Of a stretch of 64,000 bases of DNA, positions 17,998-28,100 are shown piece by piece; within the stretch, counting starts at the first letter, position 1, and each line of letters starts with the position of its first letter. A program made the position numbers and the translations under genes. The stretch comes from Escherichia coli (GTDB lineage Bacteria > Pseudomonadota > Gammaproteobacteria > Enterobacterales > Enterobacteriaceae): NCBI RefSeq assembly GCF_050320075.1, contig NZ_CP190021.1, one strand, 5' to 3'. The notes beneath the pieces are model-generated. The model saw only the letters and a list, made by a program, of their open reading frames with translations. It had not been told where the DNA came from and ran no database searches.

Positions 17998-18249
17998 TCA
18001 ATGAAGCGTATCCGGTATTGTTTCATTTCCCCTGAAGCCGATTAGCTCCAGCCGAATGCCTTTGCCATCCGGGGCCACGTTCTGCATTTCGCAGATACCA
18101 CGTCGGGTCATGAGTGTGAAGGCTGTCATTGCCAGCATGGCTAACGCATTTTCCTCGCTTCCGCTGCGTTTCTCGAGAGCATCGGCAATTTATTCTATGC
18201 TCCCCACCTGAAAGCAAGAGTCGAATTCTTTACTCCACTTTTCTGACAT
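17998..18249 (-). pseudogene. 83-codon ORF interrupted by an in-frame TAA at codon 20
   Basis: Minus strand reads ATG(18249) MSEKWSKEFDSCFQVGSIE-TAA(18192-18190)-IADALEKRSGSEENALAMLAMTAFTLMTRRGICEMQNVAPDGKGIRLELIGFRGNETIPDTLH-TGA(18000-17998), all in a single frame. Confidence 0.45.
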
Positions 18250-18402
18250 CGGATTTTCTCTCTGTATTTATGGGTAGTTATCGAACTGAATGTGCCAGTT
18301 TTTTCAGGAGACGGCAAAGTTGAGATGGTTGGTTCTGATTCAAAGCATGAGTTTCCCCGGTGTGACGGGCATGTCGGGCGGATTTTGAGAAACAACAGAT
18401 GT

Positions 18403-18433
18403 AAAAAAACCGACTGGTGAGGTCGGTTTTTTT
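18403..18433. terminator. perfect bidirectional intrinsic terminator
   Basis: AAAAAAACCGAC-tggtgag-GTCGGTTTTTTT. Confidence 0.85.
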
Positions 18434-18456
18434 ACTGTTCCGTTACAGAGTGGGTG

Positions 18457-18489
18457 GCTCTGGTCGGAAAAGAACTGTCTATAACTGAC
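18457..18489. repeat. 33-bp direct repeat, copy 1
   Basis: gctctggtcggaAaagaactgtctataactgac. Confidence 0.95.
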
Positions 18490-18644
18490 CTGTAGATAGT
18501 ACGTCTGGAATTATATTTCTGCAAGTACTGGATAAGTGTATACTCGGCATGTCAGCTCTGAGGCATGTTCTGTCCGGCATATTGTTCAGCGGGAAGAACA
18601 GGTTACAAGTCCTGGCCAAAACATCAGGTGGTGCTGGTTTTGGT

Positions 18645-18677
18645 GCTCTGGTCGGAGAAGAACTGTCTATAACTGAC
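18645..18677. repeat. 33-bp direct repeat, copy 2 (32/33 identical, 188 bp downstream of copy 1)
   Basis: gctctggtcggaGaagaactgtctataactgac. The 188-bp offset is not a multiple of 3, so this is not a protein-level duplication. Confidence 0.95.
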
Positions 18678-18749
18678 ACTATAGAAACCGTTGTGACAGG
18701 CAGTGTAAGAGCGAACAACGGGGTTCTTTCTCCAGTGATGGAGAAGCGG

Positions 18750-18845
18750 ATGATTAATCTGTTAATCATCGTTCTCAGGGCAGTAGTTGCCGTTGCAAAC
18801 GCGCTGATTGCTGTTCTGGAACTGATCCGGGAACTTATCGACTGA
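18750..18845 (+). CDS. 31-aa hydrophobic peptide, candidate DinQ-like type I toxin
   Basis: GGAG lies 6 nt upstream of the ATG. The peptide MINLLIIVLRAVVAVANALIAVLELIRELID is one predicted TM helix and resembles E. coli DinQ as I recall it. Confidence 0.55.
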   Translation: MINLLIIVLRAVVAVANALIAVLELIRELID

Positions 18846-18866
18846 TAAGCCTGGAAACGTAACTAA

Positions 18867-18892
18867 GGGCAGGGAGTTACCGCTTCCTGCCC
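18867..18892. terminator. hairpin between convergent genes
   Basis: GGGCAGG-gagttaccgctt-CCTGCCC followed by TTT. Confidence 0.55.
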
Positions 18893-18909
18893 TTTAACAA
18901 AAAGAGATC

Positions 18910-19086
18910 TCACGTTAAAAATTTGTACCCTTCTTTAACTTCCAGTGCCTGCTCCTTTGACTCAAACATCAGTCTTGTTTTCCCGGGAACGCCCCATGAA
19001 ATGTATTCAACATCTATCCACCATTTTCCATATTCTTTATATGGCCCGGATATTACTTTTTTGACAAAGGCATCTACCAGATTCAT
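18910..19086 (-). CDS. hypothetical small protein (58 aa)
   Basis: Internal ATG at 19086 preceded by AAAAGGAAAAAA. The protein reads MNLVDAFVKKVISGPYKEYGKWWIDVEYISWGVPGKTRLMFESKEQALEVKEGYKFLT. The longer 94-aa track ORF has no RBS. Confidence 0.45.
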   Translation of the reverse strand: MNLVDAFVKKVISGPYKEYGKWWIDVEYISWGVPGKTRLMFESKEQALEVKEGYKFLT

Positions 19087-19477
19087 TGTTTTTTCCTTTT
19101 TGTGTTGAAAATAATTAATGCCAGAGCACAGCGAAAATAATGAATGCGCTGGCTGTGATAATTGCGATTTTCTCCCATATGATATTTTTCTCATGGGGGT
19201 TTCTACGGAGATTATTTCTTCGCATTGAGATACCGGTATTCATGTTTTATCTTGGACTTTTGTTTTGTTGTCTGTCTGGCAGGCTGTTCTGCGCCCGTTT
19301 GTGACAAGGTTAGCTTATGGGGTTAAATGGTCACGGACATCATGCGGACGGTTCCCTGTCACATGCCATCTGGTTTTTTCATTCAAATTGAGAGATATTG
19401 CTAAGTTGAGTCGCTTGCGATAGTGGACTCCTGTTTGTAAGTGAGTGCCATTGTTTATTTCATGAAGAGGATTGATT

Positions 19478-19687
19478 ATGAGCATGCCTCCTGCGATAGC
19501 TAATACTTTCTTGTTTGAAATGATGAAGAGTAAATCAAAAGACGTTACACTTGCTGCGATCTATGCATTAGGTGAAGGCCGGTGTCAGGCGGAGAACATT
19601 ACTCGTGAATTACATAGATTGAGTCAAAGTGATGATATGGAAATAAAAATTGCTGCGATTAAAGCACTTGGTCGAATTTATCGGTAA
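19478..19687 (+). CDS. HEAT-repeat (PBS-lyase-like) fragment protein (69 aa)
   Basis: GAAGAGGA RBS. The repeats ...AAIYALGE... and ...AAIKALGRI... are typical of short HEAT repeats. It is likely a remnant of a longer gene. Confidence 0.4.
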   Translation: MSMPPAIANTFLFEMMKSKSKDVTLAAIYALGEGRCQAENITRELHRLSQSDDMEIKIAAIKALGRIYR

Positions 19688-19758
19688 CGGCATAAGTTAT
19701 CTGTTGTAATGAACAAAAGCCGGCTCATTTGAACCGGCTGTTATGGAGGGAGCTTATC

Positions 19759-20421
19759 TTAAAATACTTCGGCTACAGGCATGCCTGCAATCTGCTCCCA
19801 CTCCTTACGCTTCTCCTGAATCAGGCGAGGAAAGTCGACAGGGTAATCATATCCTCGACTTGCCATAGCGTGCATGGTGTTTGATGCGGTTTCTGGATGA
19901 GTACACCATGATGGAATAGGAACCATTGGCAGGTTGATGTATTTCGTATGAATTTCCAGTGTTTTGTCGTCTGTTACAGTACGAGTGAAATTATGAATGT
20001 CAAAACCGATAACATCCATAATGTTGCCTGGATAGATACGGACATACAACATTGTGCCATTTTTAAGGTCAATACCGAAATAAGCTCCCTGAGTTAAAGA
20101 TAATCCTTCATACCCCTTCTCTGGAGAGTAGAAGCCTGACTCTTTTATTGTTTGTACAACTTTTCTTATCTTTTCTCTCCTTGTTTTTGCACGTGAATAC
20201 ATCCATATACCTGGCGCAAGTAATAAGAACCAACTACCAAAAGTGACAACATAATCTTCAATGTTGTCACCATAATAACGAGAACTAAATAACATCAGTG
20301 TAGATGTCAGTGCGCAAAATAAAAAGAAAGGTATTCCTAAAAAGAAGTAAGCCTTCCTTAATACATAATATAACAACCACCAAGTTGGAAATCTGTCAGG
20401 TGTCTCTTTTTTATCTTTCAT
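19759..20421 (-). CDS. excA: ExcA entry/surface exclusion protein
   Basis: 220 aa equals R64 ExcA. It has N-terminal TM segments and lies between pnd and traY. Confidence 0.85.
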   Translation of the reverse strand: MKDKKETPDRFPTWWLLYYVLRKAYFFLGIPFFLFCALTSTLMLFSSRYYGDNIEDYVVTFGSWFLLLAPGIWMYSRAKTRREKIRKVVQTIKESGFYSPEKGYEGLSLTQGAYFGIDLKNGTMLYVRIYPGNIMDVIGFDIHNFTRTVTDDKTLEIHTKYINLPMVPIPSWCTHPETASNTMHAMASRGYDYPVDFPRLIQEKRKEWEQIAGMPVAEVF

Positions 20422-20485
20422 ACAATGCCTCCCCTCGTACTATCTATTATTTTAATGCCGATGGGGAGGTTGTGCAATATTTATA

Positions 20486-22717
20486 TTATCCTTTTATTCC
20501 GTCCTTGTCGTCACTTCCTTTATCTTTAAGACGATCTGTTTTCATTCCAGGAGTATGTCGGATATTGCGACTTCCTCCAATAAATATTTCTTTAACAGAA
20601 TTTGCCATGCTGCCAAGAGTGTTGGCTCCCTCACGCCCACCAAGGAAATTAATAACATGATCAGGTAGGTAGGCCTGAAGGGCAAATATGGCAGCTACAG
20701 AGGTTGTACAAATTCTGGCGTATATCAGCAAGAAACCAGCAAGACTGAAAATACCGGTCAGCGAATTGAACTGTACGTTAACCAGGGCAGCGCCAAATAA
20801 TGCATTCAGTATTGTGCCTACGGCGATGATGGCAACAGAAGCAAAGAAAAAACCAAAGACCATGATGGGCGGCCTTATCATACTATCAATTAAGTATATA
20901 TAACCGTAGGCTGCCCGACTTCCTCTATCTTCTGATGTTCCGAGATGTGTTGCAGCCCACAGAGGTCCGGCGGTACATCCTATTAATACACTGACTATCC
21001 AGTTCCCAATGCCTGTCATCCAGAAAATGAATGGTATAAATGGTAGGTAAATTGATAAGGAAAAACCCGCACAAAACAACAGGAACAACAAGAAATATAT
21101 TGGGGGAGCTGCAGCATCCAGCAGAGCAACTAATCCTTTAGGTAATCCAGAGAATAAATTGGCAACCTTTCCGAAAATAGAGTTATCACCTACTGTCGCG
21201 AGAACTCTAACTGTTGTATATCCACTCCAGAGAATCTCTGTTGTTCCTAATGTATAATCACCAATATTTTTCATCTTTATCAATGGATTGACCTGATCGC
21301 TTGTTGTTCCTGTGCCACTTATCTCTGTTGCTATCCAGTTGGTTCGATAGACAAAGAAGCTCATCATTTCAGATAAGGCAGACTTAGGATCTTGCGCATT
21401 GGCCATTCGTTGCTCATTGGCTGATGTAACAGTGCCCAGAGGTGGTGTATAGGTGGTGTTCTGTAATTGAGTCTTGTAGGCACTCATGACTGCACTGAAT
21501 AAGTCAGTATCACCAACTTCTCCCAGTGATGACATTGAAGTTACAGCTGGAGCTCTGTCAGCCAGCTCGGCCAGACGCTGGTTAGCAGTGGCAAAGGTCT
21601 GATACCATGCGCCAAGCGTTACCCACCCGTAGGTTGTGAGATAAGATTTAAGAGCCTCTTTTCTGGATTGCTCTCCGTTATCAGTGGGTAGCGATTTTTG
21701 TACAGCACGTTCATACTCGTCGGCTGCTCTCTGAATCCGTGTCTCGATATCCGGCAATGTTCCGTTGCCAGAATTTCTTTTTTCCAGAAATGTTGTCACA
21801 AACTCACTGGCAGCGTTGTCCATGTCGCTAATCATATTATCCATGGCTGCACGTTGTGCTGAGATAACACCGCTGTATTCGTTTTTACTGAAGGGATTAA
21901 AGAATTTTCCAATCGTCGATTGATCTGTTGTTCCGTTTCCTTCTACTGACAGGCTGGCTGAACCACAGATACCGCTGCCATTGGATACCGTGACAGTGTA
22001 ATTACCACTGGCGGTTTTAGCTGATTCTGTCATCAGTGAAGTCGAGGATTTGGCCGTCTGATTAAAATCATTTAGTCCTGCGTTAACCGCATACTTACAC
22101 AGTTCCATTTCAAAAATGCCACGCGCTGCTGTTTGTGTGGATGCCTGAACTGGCTGTACAGTCATTGAATAACCATTTGCGATATTATCAGCGGCAAGTT
22201 GCACCATCACATTGGCGGACCCAACCCCCATTATCGATGCGCCCCATAACATAATGAGCTGAGCGATACTCCAGCCATTTCCGGTTGGAACGATCATCAG
22301 AAAACCTGCAACGACACTCAGTGTGCCGACGATATCGCGTCCGGTGCTGAATACCTGTCCCTGATGCCCCGAACGCACAACATGACGGATACCAATGAAC
22401 ATAAACCAGACAACGGCAAGTACGGCGATGATACTGTTGAACGCCCCGAACATGCTTCCGATCAGAGTGGGGGCGCTGGTTGACAGTGGATTGGTGACTA
22501 CATCACCGAATATCGTGACCAGCGCCTGGCGAGACAGATCGTCAGGATTGGTTGCGGCAGACACAATATCCTGATAGGTCACTGAAGCCATTGCCGGCAG
22601 TGAGGATATAGCAAGGCCTGCACAGAGTGCGCGAAGTAAAATTTTCACAGTAACTCCGGAATAGAATTGCGTATGGGCAAAGGCCACACAGGATTTAATT
22701 AAGGGGGATGGCGACAT
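20486..22717 (-). CDS. traY: TraY (DotA-like polytopic membrane protein)
   Basis: 743 aa with many TM segments. Gene order supports the call. Confidence 0.88.
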   Translation of the reverse strand: MSPSPLIKSCVAFAHTQFYSGVTVKILLRALCAGLAISSLPAMASVTYQDIVSAATNPDDLSRQALVTIFGDVVTNPLSTSAPTLIGSMFGAFNSIIAVLAVVWFMFIGIRHVVRSGHQGQVFSTGRDIVGTLSVVAGFLMIVPTGNGWSIAQLIMLWGASIMGVGSANVMVQLAADNIANGYSMTVQPVQASTQTAARGIFEMELCKYAVNAGLNDFNQTAKSSTSLMTESAKTASGNYTVTVSNGSGICGSASLSVEGNGTTDQSTIGKFFNPFSKNEYSGVISAQRAAMDNMISDMDNAASEFVTTFLEKRNSGNGTLPDIETRIQRAADEYERAVQKSLPTDNGEQSRKEALKSYLTTYGWVTLGAWYQTFATANQRLAELADRAPAVTSMSSLGEVGDTDLFSAVMSAYKTQLQNTTYTPPLGTVTSANEQRMANAQDPKSALSEMMSFFVYRTNWIATEISGTGTTSDQVNPLIKMKNIGDYTLGTTEILWSGYTTVRVLATVGDNSIFGKVANLFSGLPKGLVALLDAAAPPIYFLLFLLFCAGFSLSIYLPFIPFIFWMTGIGNWIVSVLIGCTAGPLWAATHLGTSEDRGSRAAYGYIYLIDSMIRPPIMVFGFFFASVAIIAVGTILNALFGAALVNVQFNSLTGIFSLAGFLLIYARICTTSVAAIFALQAYLPDHVINFLGGREGANTLGSMANSVKEIFIGGSRNIRHTPGMKTDRLKDKGSDDKDGIKG

Positions 22718-22744
22718 GCCAGTGGTACTGGCATCTGGACGTGA

Positions 22745-23329
22745 TCAGTATTGTTTACTGGTTACGGCAATTAACGTGGCATTGCGCCAGCCATTGCGGT
22801 CGTTCAGAAAATCACGGAAAGTCCCCTGCTCGGGTTCGCTGACTTTTCGTTCATGCAACTGCCAGAGGCGGTATGTAACAATCAGTGCTCTGGAAGCACA
22901 AAGAGCGACGCCTGACAGTATCAGCACAAGAGTGCTGATGGCGCGTACCAGAGTCGTAAGAGGTAATGAAGAGGCGGCAAAGAGCATACCACTGAGAAAC
23001 AAAGCGATGGCCAGCAGACTCCAGCAACAGAATCGCCATACTGTTCTGCGCCGGCGGAAACGACGATCCAGATCGTCTACTGACATATGGCTGGCCTGCA
23101 GAGCTTCTTCCCACGTGAGGTGGAGTTGCGCCTTTTTATTATTTACCTGACGAAATCTGTCCAGTCTGCGTTTTTGTTGTTCCAGCATATGCTGTACAGA
23201 ATTCGTTATCAGGCGAGTCTCCATCAGAGGAACAAAAATGTTAATAATCCCCCGGGTGGCTATGCGGGTTATGGATGGTGATTTTTTGACGTTTTTCGTC
23301 TGGTCTGAATTTTCCGGTAACTTATTCAT
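22745..23329 (-). CDS. traX: TraX
   Basis: 194 aa membrane protein. Called from gene order. Confidence 0.8.
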   Translation of the reverse strand: MNKLPENSDQTKNVKKSPSITRIATRGIINIFVPLMETRLITNSVQHMLEQQKRRLDRFRQVNNKKAQLHLTWEEALQASHMSVDDLDRRFRRRRTVWRFCCWSLLAIALFLSGMLFAASSLPLTTLVRAISTLVLILSGVALCASRALIVTYRLWQLHERKVSEPEQGTFRDFLNDRNGWRNATLIAVTSKQY

Positions 23330-23357
23330 TTTTTCAGTCCTGTTCTGACGTCAGCTT

Positions 23358-24560
23358 TCAACGTGCGTTTGCCTGATTGATTGTTTTCTCAAGGCTACCG
23401 AGTTGTTTTTCATAATACTGGCGGGCGGTCAGAGCCAGTTGCTGTCCAGAGATGACATTACCCTGGCGGATCTGTTCTTTCAGGTCGTTCAGTTGCCAGT
23501 TCATTTGCGCAGTGATTCTTACCAGTTCACGGAGCAGGTTATCTCCCTGCATTTCCTGTAAATCCACCAGGTATGCTGTGTTGGCGTAGCGCCGGCCAGC
23601 CTCAAAAGCTTCAAACTCACGGGTACTCATATATCCCCGTGCTTTTGCTTCTGGTGAAGCCACCTGGTCGAAGTAAGCGGCCGCTGAGTCTGACTGCAGT
23701 GTTTCAGCCAGTGCTTTACGTGTGCTTTCATTAGGCGTGCTGTCAGCAATCAGCGTCAGTTGGGGATTCGACGCAGAATCAATGATGCCGTTGTATTCGT
23801 TCTGGAGTCCGACGTAGGTTCGCCCACTCTGGGTATTCACTTCTCCTTTACCCAGAGCACGACCGGCAGAGGGGCGGGAAGTGTTTTTCATGTAAGCCGT
23901 CGCTGCATCTATTTGCTTCTGATCCCATGTCAGTGCTGCAGGTGTGTCCGCTGTACCTGCGCCGTGGTAAATCGAGCGTACCTGACTGTCTCCACCTGGT
24001 ATTTCGCCCACAGAAGGACAAACGGCGGTTCCTCCAAAACGTGCATATTCTGCTTCTGTACAGTAACTGGCGTGTATGGCCGCGCCATCATAAGCTTCCC
24101 GCACGGGAGAGTTTGCTGCGCTGGCCAGACGGTCGCGGATGCTACGGTTGCTCACACCGCCACCTTTACTGAGTTTTGAGGCTGCGGATGCTGAGGCACT
24201 TTTGCTTTCTGTTGCAATCCCTGATGCGGATTCACTGCAGATGGAGTCTGGCACGGTGAAGCTTTTCCGTGCCTCCTCGAGGCGCTGAGTTTCATTACTG
24301 AAAATCATCTGCTGACGTGTCGCCTGTCCGTTCTGGGCAATGACACTTGCCAGCTTTTCAGAGTTCTGATTGATAGCGGTACCCGTGGCTGTCTGGGTAC
24401 TCAGTATGTTGCCAAGGACATCTTTGATGGCTTCCATTCTGGGGATGACCTGCTCTTCAACAGGCCGGCTGGCGACGACGGTGACTGAATAAGCATGAGC
24501 CTGGCATGCCGTTCCACTCAGGGTGGCTATAAGGGCTGCGAGTAATGTTTTTCTTTGCAT
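23358..24560 (-). CDS. traW: TraW (secreted/lipoprotein T4BSS component)
   Basis: 400 aa with a signal peptide ending LSGTAC. Called from gene order. Confidence 0.8.
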   Translation of the reverse strand: MQRKTLLAALIATLSGTACQAHAYSVTVVASRPVEEQVIPRMEAIKDVLGNILSTQTATGTAINQNSEKLASVIAQNGQATRQQMIFSNETQRLEEARKSFTVPDSICSESASGIATESKSASASAASKLSKGGGVSNRSIRDRLASAANSPVREAYDGAAIHASYCTEAEYARFGGTAVCPSVGEIPGGDSQVRSIYHGAGTADTPAALTWDQKQIDAATAYMKNTSRPSAGRALGKGEVNTQSGRTYVGLQNEYNGIIDSASNPQLTLIADSTPNESTRKALAETLQSDSAAAYFDQVASPEAKARGYMSTREFEAFEAGRRYANTAYLVDLQEMQGDNLLRELVRITAQMNWQLNDLKEQIRQGNVISGQQLALTARQYYEKQLGSLEKTINQANAR

Positions 24561-25141
24561 TTTATTGTCTCCTGCTCGGGATGGAGCACAAGGTCAGGAA
24601 GGCTGTCGTATTTTCTGTTTTCAGGTAGTGGGGCCAGTGGGAAACACTGAAATCGCCTGGTGATATAACCTTTCCTGTTCCGGTTATCGATGATGCTGAA
24701 AGAACGACGTCTGACGCGCCGTAAGGTGGAAGGGTCAGTATCCATAACAGGCCAGTCACCGGCACTCAGTGCCGGCGTTCCGGGAACGGATGGCCATAAC
24801 CAGGTATCATCGGACATCAGCGAAGCCAGCGGTGAAGGGAGTATCCACTGGATGACATGCTGAACGTCGAATGGTGCTTCATCCGGGACAGAAACCTGCC
24901 ATATTGCCGTTGTTATCAGCTCATCTGTGCTGGACGGCAACAACAACCGCATGCCTGTAACCTTTCCCTGTGTTCTGGCATCCGAGGCGTATATCACTCT
25001 GGGATTGGGGGCCGGATGTAACCTGAAGACACGTGACGGCAGAGTGAATGAGAAACTGTCACCTTTTACCTCAAGTTTTTTAAGAAATACCTGCCCTCTG
25101 GCAGGTCTCCGGCAGCGTGGGGTGATATGAATTGTACACAT
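24527..25141 (-). CDS. traV: TraV
   Basis: 204 aa. Overlaps the traW start and abuts the traU stop. Confidence 0.75.
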   Translation of the reverse strand: MCTIHITPRCRRPARGQVFLKKLEVKGDSFSFTLPSRVFRLHPAPNPRVIYASDARTQGKVTGMRLLLPSSTDELITTAIWQVSVPDEAPFDVQHVIQWILPSPLASLMSDDTWLWPSVPGTPALSAGDWPVMDTDPSTLRRVRRRSFSIIDNRNRKGYITRRFQCFPLAPLPENRKYDSLPDLVLHPEQETIKCKEKHYSQPL

Positions 25142-28100
25142 CAGAGATTGTATCCCTGTTTTCGGATGAGCTCCGAGGCCAGTTCTTCAATAACATTGTC
25201 ACTGTTATGTTGGCCCGCCCGGTGCTCAATTAATGACGTTGCAGAACCTCTGGGGAAGTTTTCGGCCAGAATCTTACGTGCCCGAACTGAACCTAACTTA
25301 TTTGTCAGTGTTTTACGCAGGGCACTGTCTTTTGGCGATGAGTTCAGCGCCCATAGCTCCAGTGGACCGACGGTAAATTTGAGTATTCTCGCAAGCGTGC
25401 CACTTTTTACCCTGAATACTCCCAGAACAGGAACACCACTACCATCTGGTGCCGGGCCTTCCGGCATTTTCAGGAAGCGTTTCAGCATAAATTCAGGAAC
25501 GTTGAAGTTATCCCTCAGTACGGGGATATCTTCGGGTTTGTAGCGCAGTAACCAGAGAGTATTTGCTGACTTAAGAACGCTTTCCGGGTAGTCCCTCAGA
25601 TACTGCGTACTCAGAACCGTGCGGATAGCAAACTTGCGTTGCTCACGCTCCTGGGTATCCAGATTTTCCCAGATGAAGTCAATGCCCCGGGCGTTATGCA
25701 GTTCATCATAAACTTTTGTCTTAACCTCCTGATCAAGTTGGTTAATACGTTTAAGAGCGATTTCATGGTATTCCCGTGGAAGCTGCTTTAACACTTCATC
25801 CCTGTATTGTGGCAGGGTGAAGTCACCACCGGCGATCTGACCTGCAAGCAGGTACATGATGCCGGTTTTAAGCCTGCCTGCAGGCGTTTTGTCACCGGCA
25901 ACATTATTCAGATCGACAGCGATGACCCGGGTTTCCGGGTTGATCATAAACCGGGTATACCCGGATATCATGGGGTAGTCGTTATGTCCCTGCTCCAGGG
26001 CGCGGCGGATGTAGTCCAGCAGAAGCTCGTTTGAACCATCACGCTGAACAGTACCGAAAACATCCCTGAGACTGGTATGGCCCAGCATCGAGGACACTTC
26101 GGGAAGCTGGGGCATTGCCTGATAATGTGCCCGCTGAGCCGCCATGATATACCCGGCATTGTGGAGCATATCCCGGACTTCGAACCAGGTTGATCTGGCC
26201 CACCAGGTTGCATCATGTTTTTCATACAGTCCCGAGTCCTGCAGTGCTGAATCCACCAGTTCTTCCGTTGAGGCGCGATAAAGTCGCGGATTATTTTCAC
26301 CGTACTCTTTAAAAGCCAGCTCGATAAGCTGGTTGATAATTTGTCGGGTGTCTCCGGGGTTACAGGGTTGACCGGTACCGGTATCGACACAGAGAGCACA
26401 CAGCACCGATGACATGAAATTCTTTTCCGGCGTAATAGGCTTTTTAGCGCCGTACATCACGTCAAAAAGGTTACGGGTGTATTCCGGATCATTGCTCAGA
26501 ATAATACCGACAGCTTCGTCTTTTCTTTCCGGAGGAAGACTGTCGCGAATAAGCTGAACCAGTCCCTGAGCACTGTATCCCTTATCGATATAGGCAATGA
26601 AGGGCAGGTTTTTCTGAGCAGATGATATCTGTATTTCCGACAATGTATTAATCAGAACTGATTTACCCAGTCCCGGATCGCCTGGTGCGAGTTCTGTATG
26701 TTTATTTTGTTGGGATGACGCCAGACCAACCTCAATTGCGGAACCGTCTTCTGTATGTAACATCAGATTCCCTTTGCCTCGCCAGACAGAGCCTGCCCTG
26801 TTAAGCGGGAAAAGCGAGATGGCATGTGACAACGGGGGATACAGGGGAACCGGGCCGGAGCCTCCGGATGCCGCGAGAATGGTATTCACCCAGGCGCGTC
26901 GGGGATCGCCAAATGTTGTCGTGGTGCCACATACGCCCCAGCCTTCAATGGCTGATTTCAGAATGGCCTGGTTTCGTGTGCATATTTCACGTGTTTTTCC
27001 CCACGTGGAGGCCATGATGGTCATTATGCAGACAGGTTCTTTTTCATCCGTTGCCGCCAGGGCCATAACGGATTCATACATTGGACGAACGGCAGAAATG
27101 AAACTGCTGTAAGTCAGAAGCGTTTTCTTCAGATTAAGAGCCTTCATCCCGCCGGGCATCAGATCCATTCTGATGCGCCAGGGGACTGCGCGTGGGACGG
27201 CACGGACCAGTTCGTTAAACGTCTGCAGATTTTGCGGAGGTAAAGTAATCGATACCATTCCGTGCCAGAGTCCGCCCGCCTGAACCAGGTTGCCCTGTGT
27301 GGTCACCTGAGTGTTGAATAACTGCAAATGCAATGAAGGAGCATGTAGTACGGATTCATCGTCAGTCCAGCGATATCCCGCTGGCTGGGCATCTTCAGGC
27401 AGGTGGGGTTGCCAGTTACGCGGTGTGCTGTGCCGTTCTGTCTGACGACGTATTTCACGCCCGACCTCGTGTATATCCAGTAGCCGGAGAATCAGGCCAT
27501 CAGATGAATGTCTCAGTGCCTGTTCCACATTATCAAGAAAAGCTTCGTGGCGGATTTTCAGTGCAGATAAGGTCCACTGCCAGGGGGACTGGGCAAAGCG
27601 TGCTTTCGGTACCCGTTCAGCCAGTCTTCTGACAAGCTCATCATGGGCGGTACGATCGCTGTTGCTGATAAGGTCGGGTCCACTCCAGATCGCCAGCCAG
27701 CAACGCTCCCGGACCAGCCATGGGGACAGTGTTGTGACTTTCTCATCGACCACATCCTGTAACTGGATACCTGTATTAGCCAGTGAGCGCTTTTGTGGGG
27801 CGACCATGTCTTCGATTTCTTCTTTCCCCATGTCAGGATCACGCTCAAAAACGAAGCTGATTTTATGACCGCTGTTTTTATATGCCGTATTCAGGCTGTC
27901 ACTCATGCTGGTGATCAGCGATTCCAGTGAACCTGGGCCAGTCTGGTCGGATGCTTCATCCATTTCCCTGAAAGCACCGCTGACTTCAAAGACAGAGAGA
28001 TATTCTCCACGCTTTGTGGCTGCAATATAGGGCGAATTCAGCCATGGGCGACGTTCACGATCCTGTCTGTCCAGACCTATTACAGTACGTAAATCGCAAT

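Larger units (their letters stand above)
18403..18489 (-). ncRNA. predicted ~87-nt antisense-type sRNA (AgrB/IstR/OrzO-like) targeting the 5' UTR of the 18750 peptide gene
   Basis: Minus-strand -35 TTGCAG (c18524-18519), 17-nt spacer and -10 TACTAT (c18501-18496). The predicted 5' end falls at repeat 1 (18457-18489). The 3' end is the terminator ACCGAC-cucacca-GUCGGU plus U7 (18403-18427). Confidence 0.5.

Noticed and set aside
18325-18420. 31-codon plus-strand ORF (MVGSDSKHEFPRCDGHVGRILRNNRCKKTDW) running into the bidirectional terminator
   Set aside because: The SD is poorly spaced, the stop codon lies inside the terminator stem, and there is no supporting feature. Not reported as a gene.
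18490-18650. Search for a LexA box (CTG-N10-CAG) upstream of the DinQ-like gene, since chromosomal dinQ is SOS-regulated
   Set aside because: No CTG-N10-CAG match was found by eye. TACTGGATAAGTGTATAC at about 18526 has only one half-site. SOS control is not claimed.
18549-18845. 98-aa ORF spanning repeat 2 and the hydrophobic peptide
   Set aside because: There is no RBS at 18549, the N-terminal 67 residues have no coding character, and the SD sits in front of the internal ATG at 18750. Only the last 31 codons were kept.
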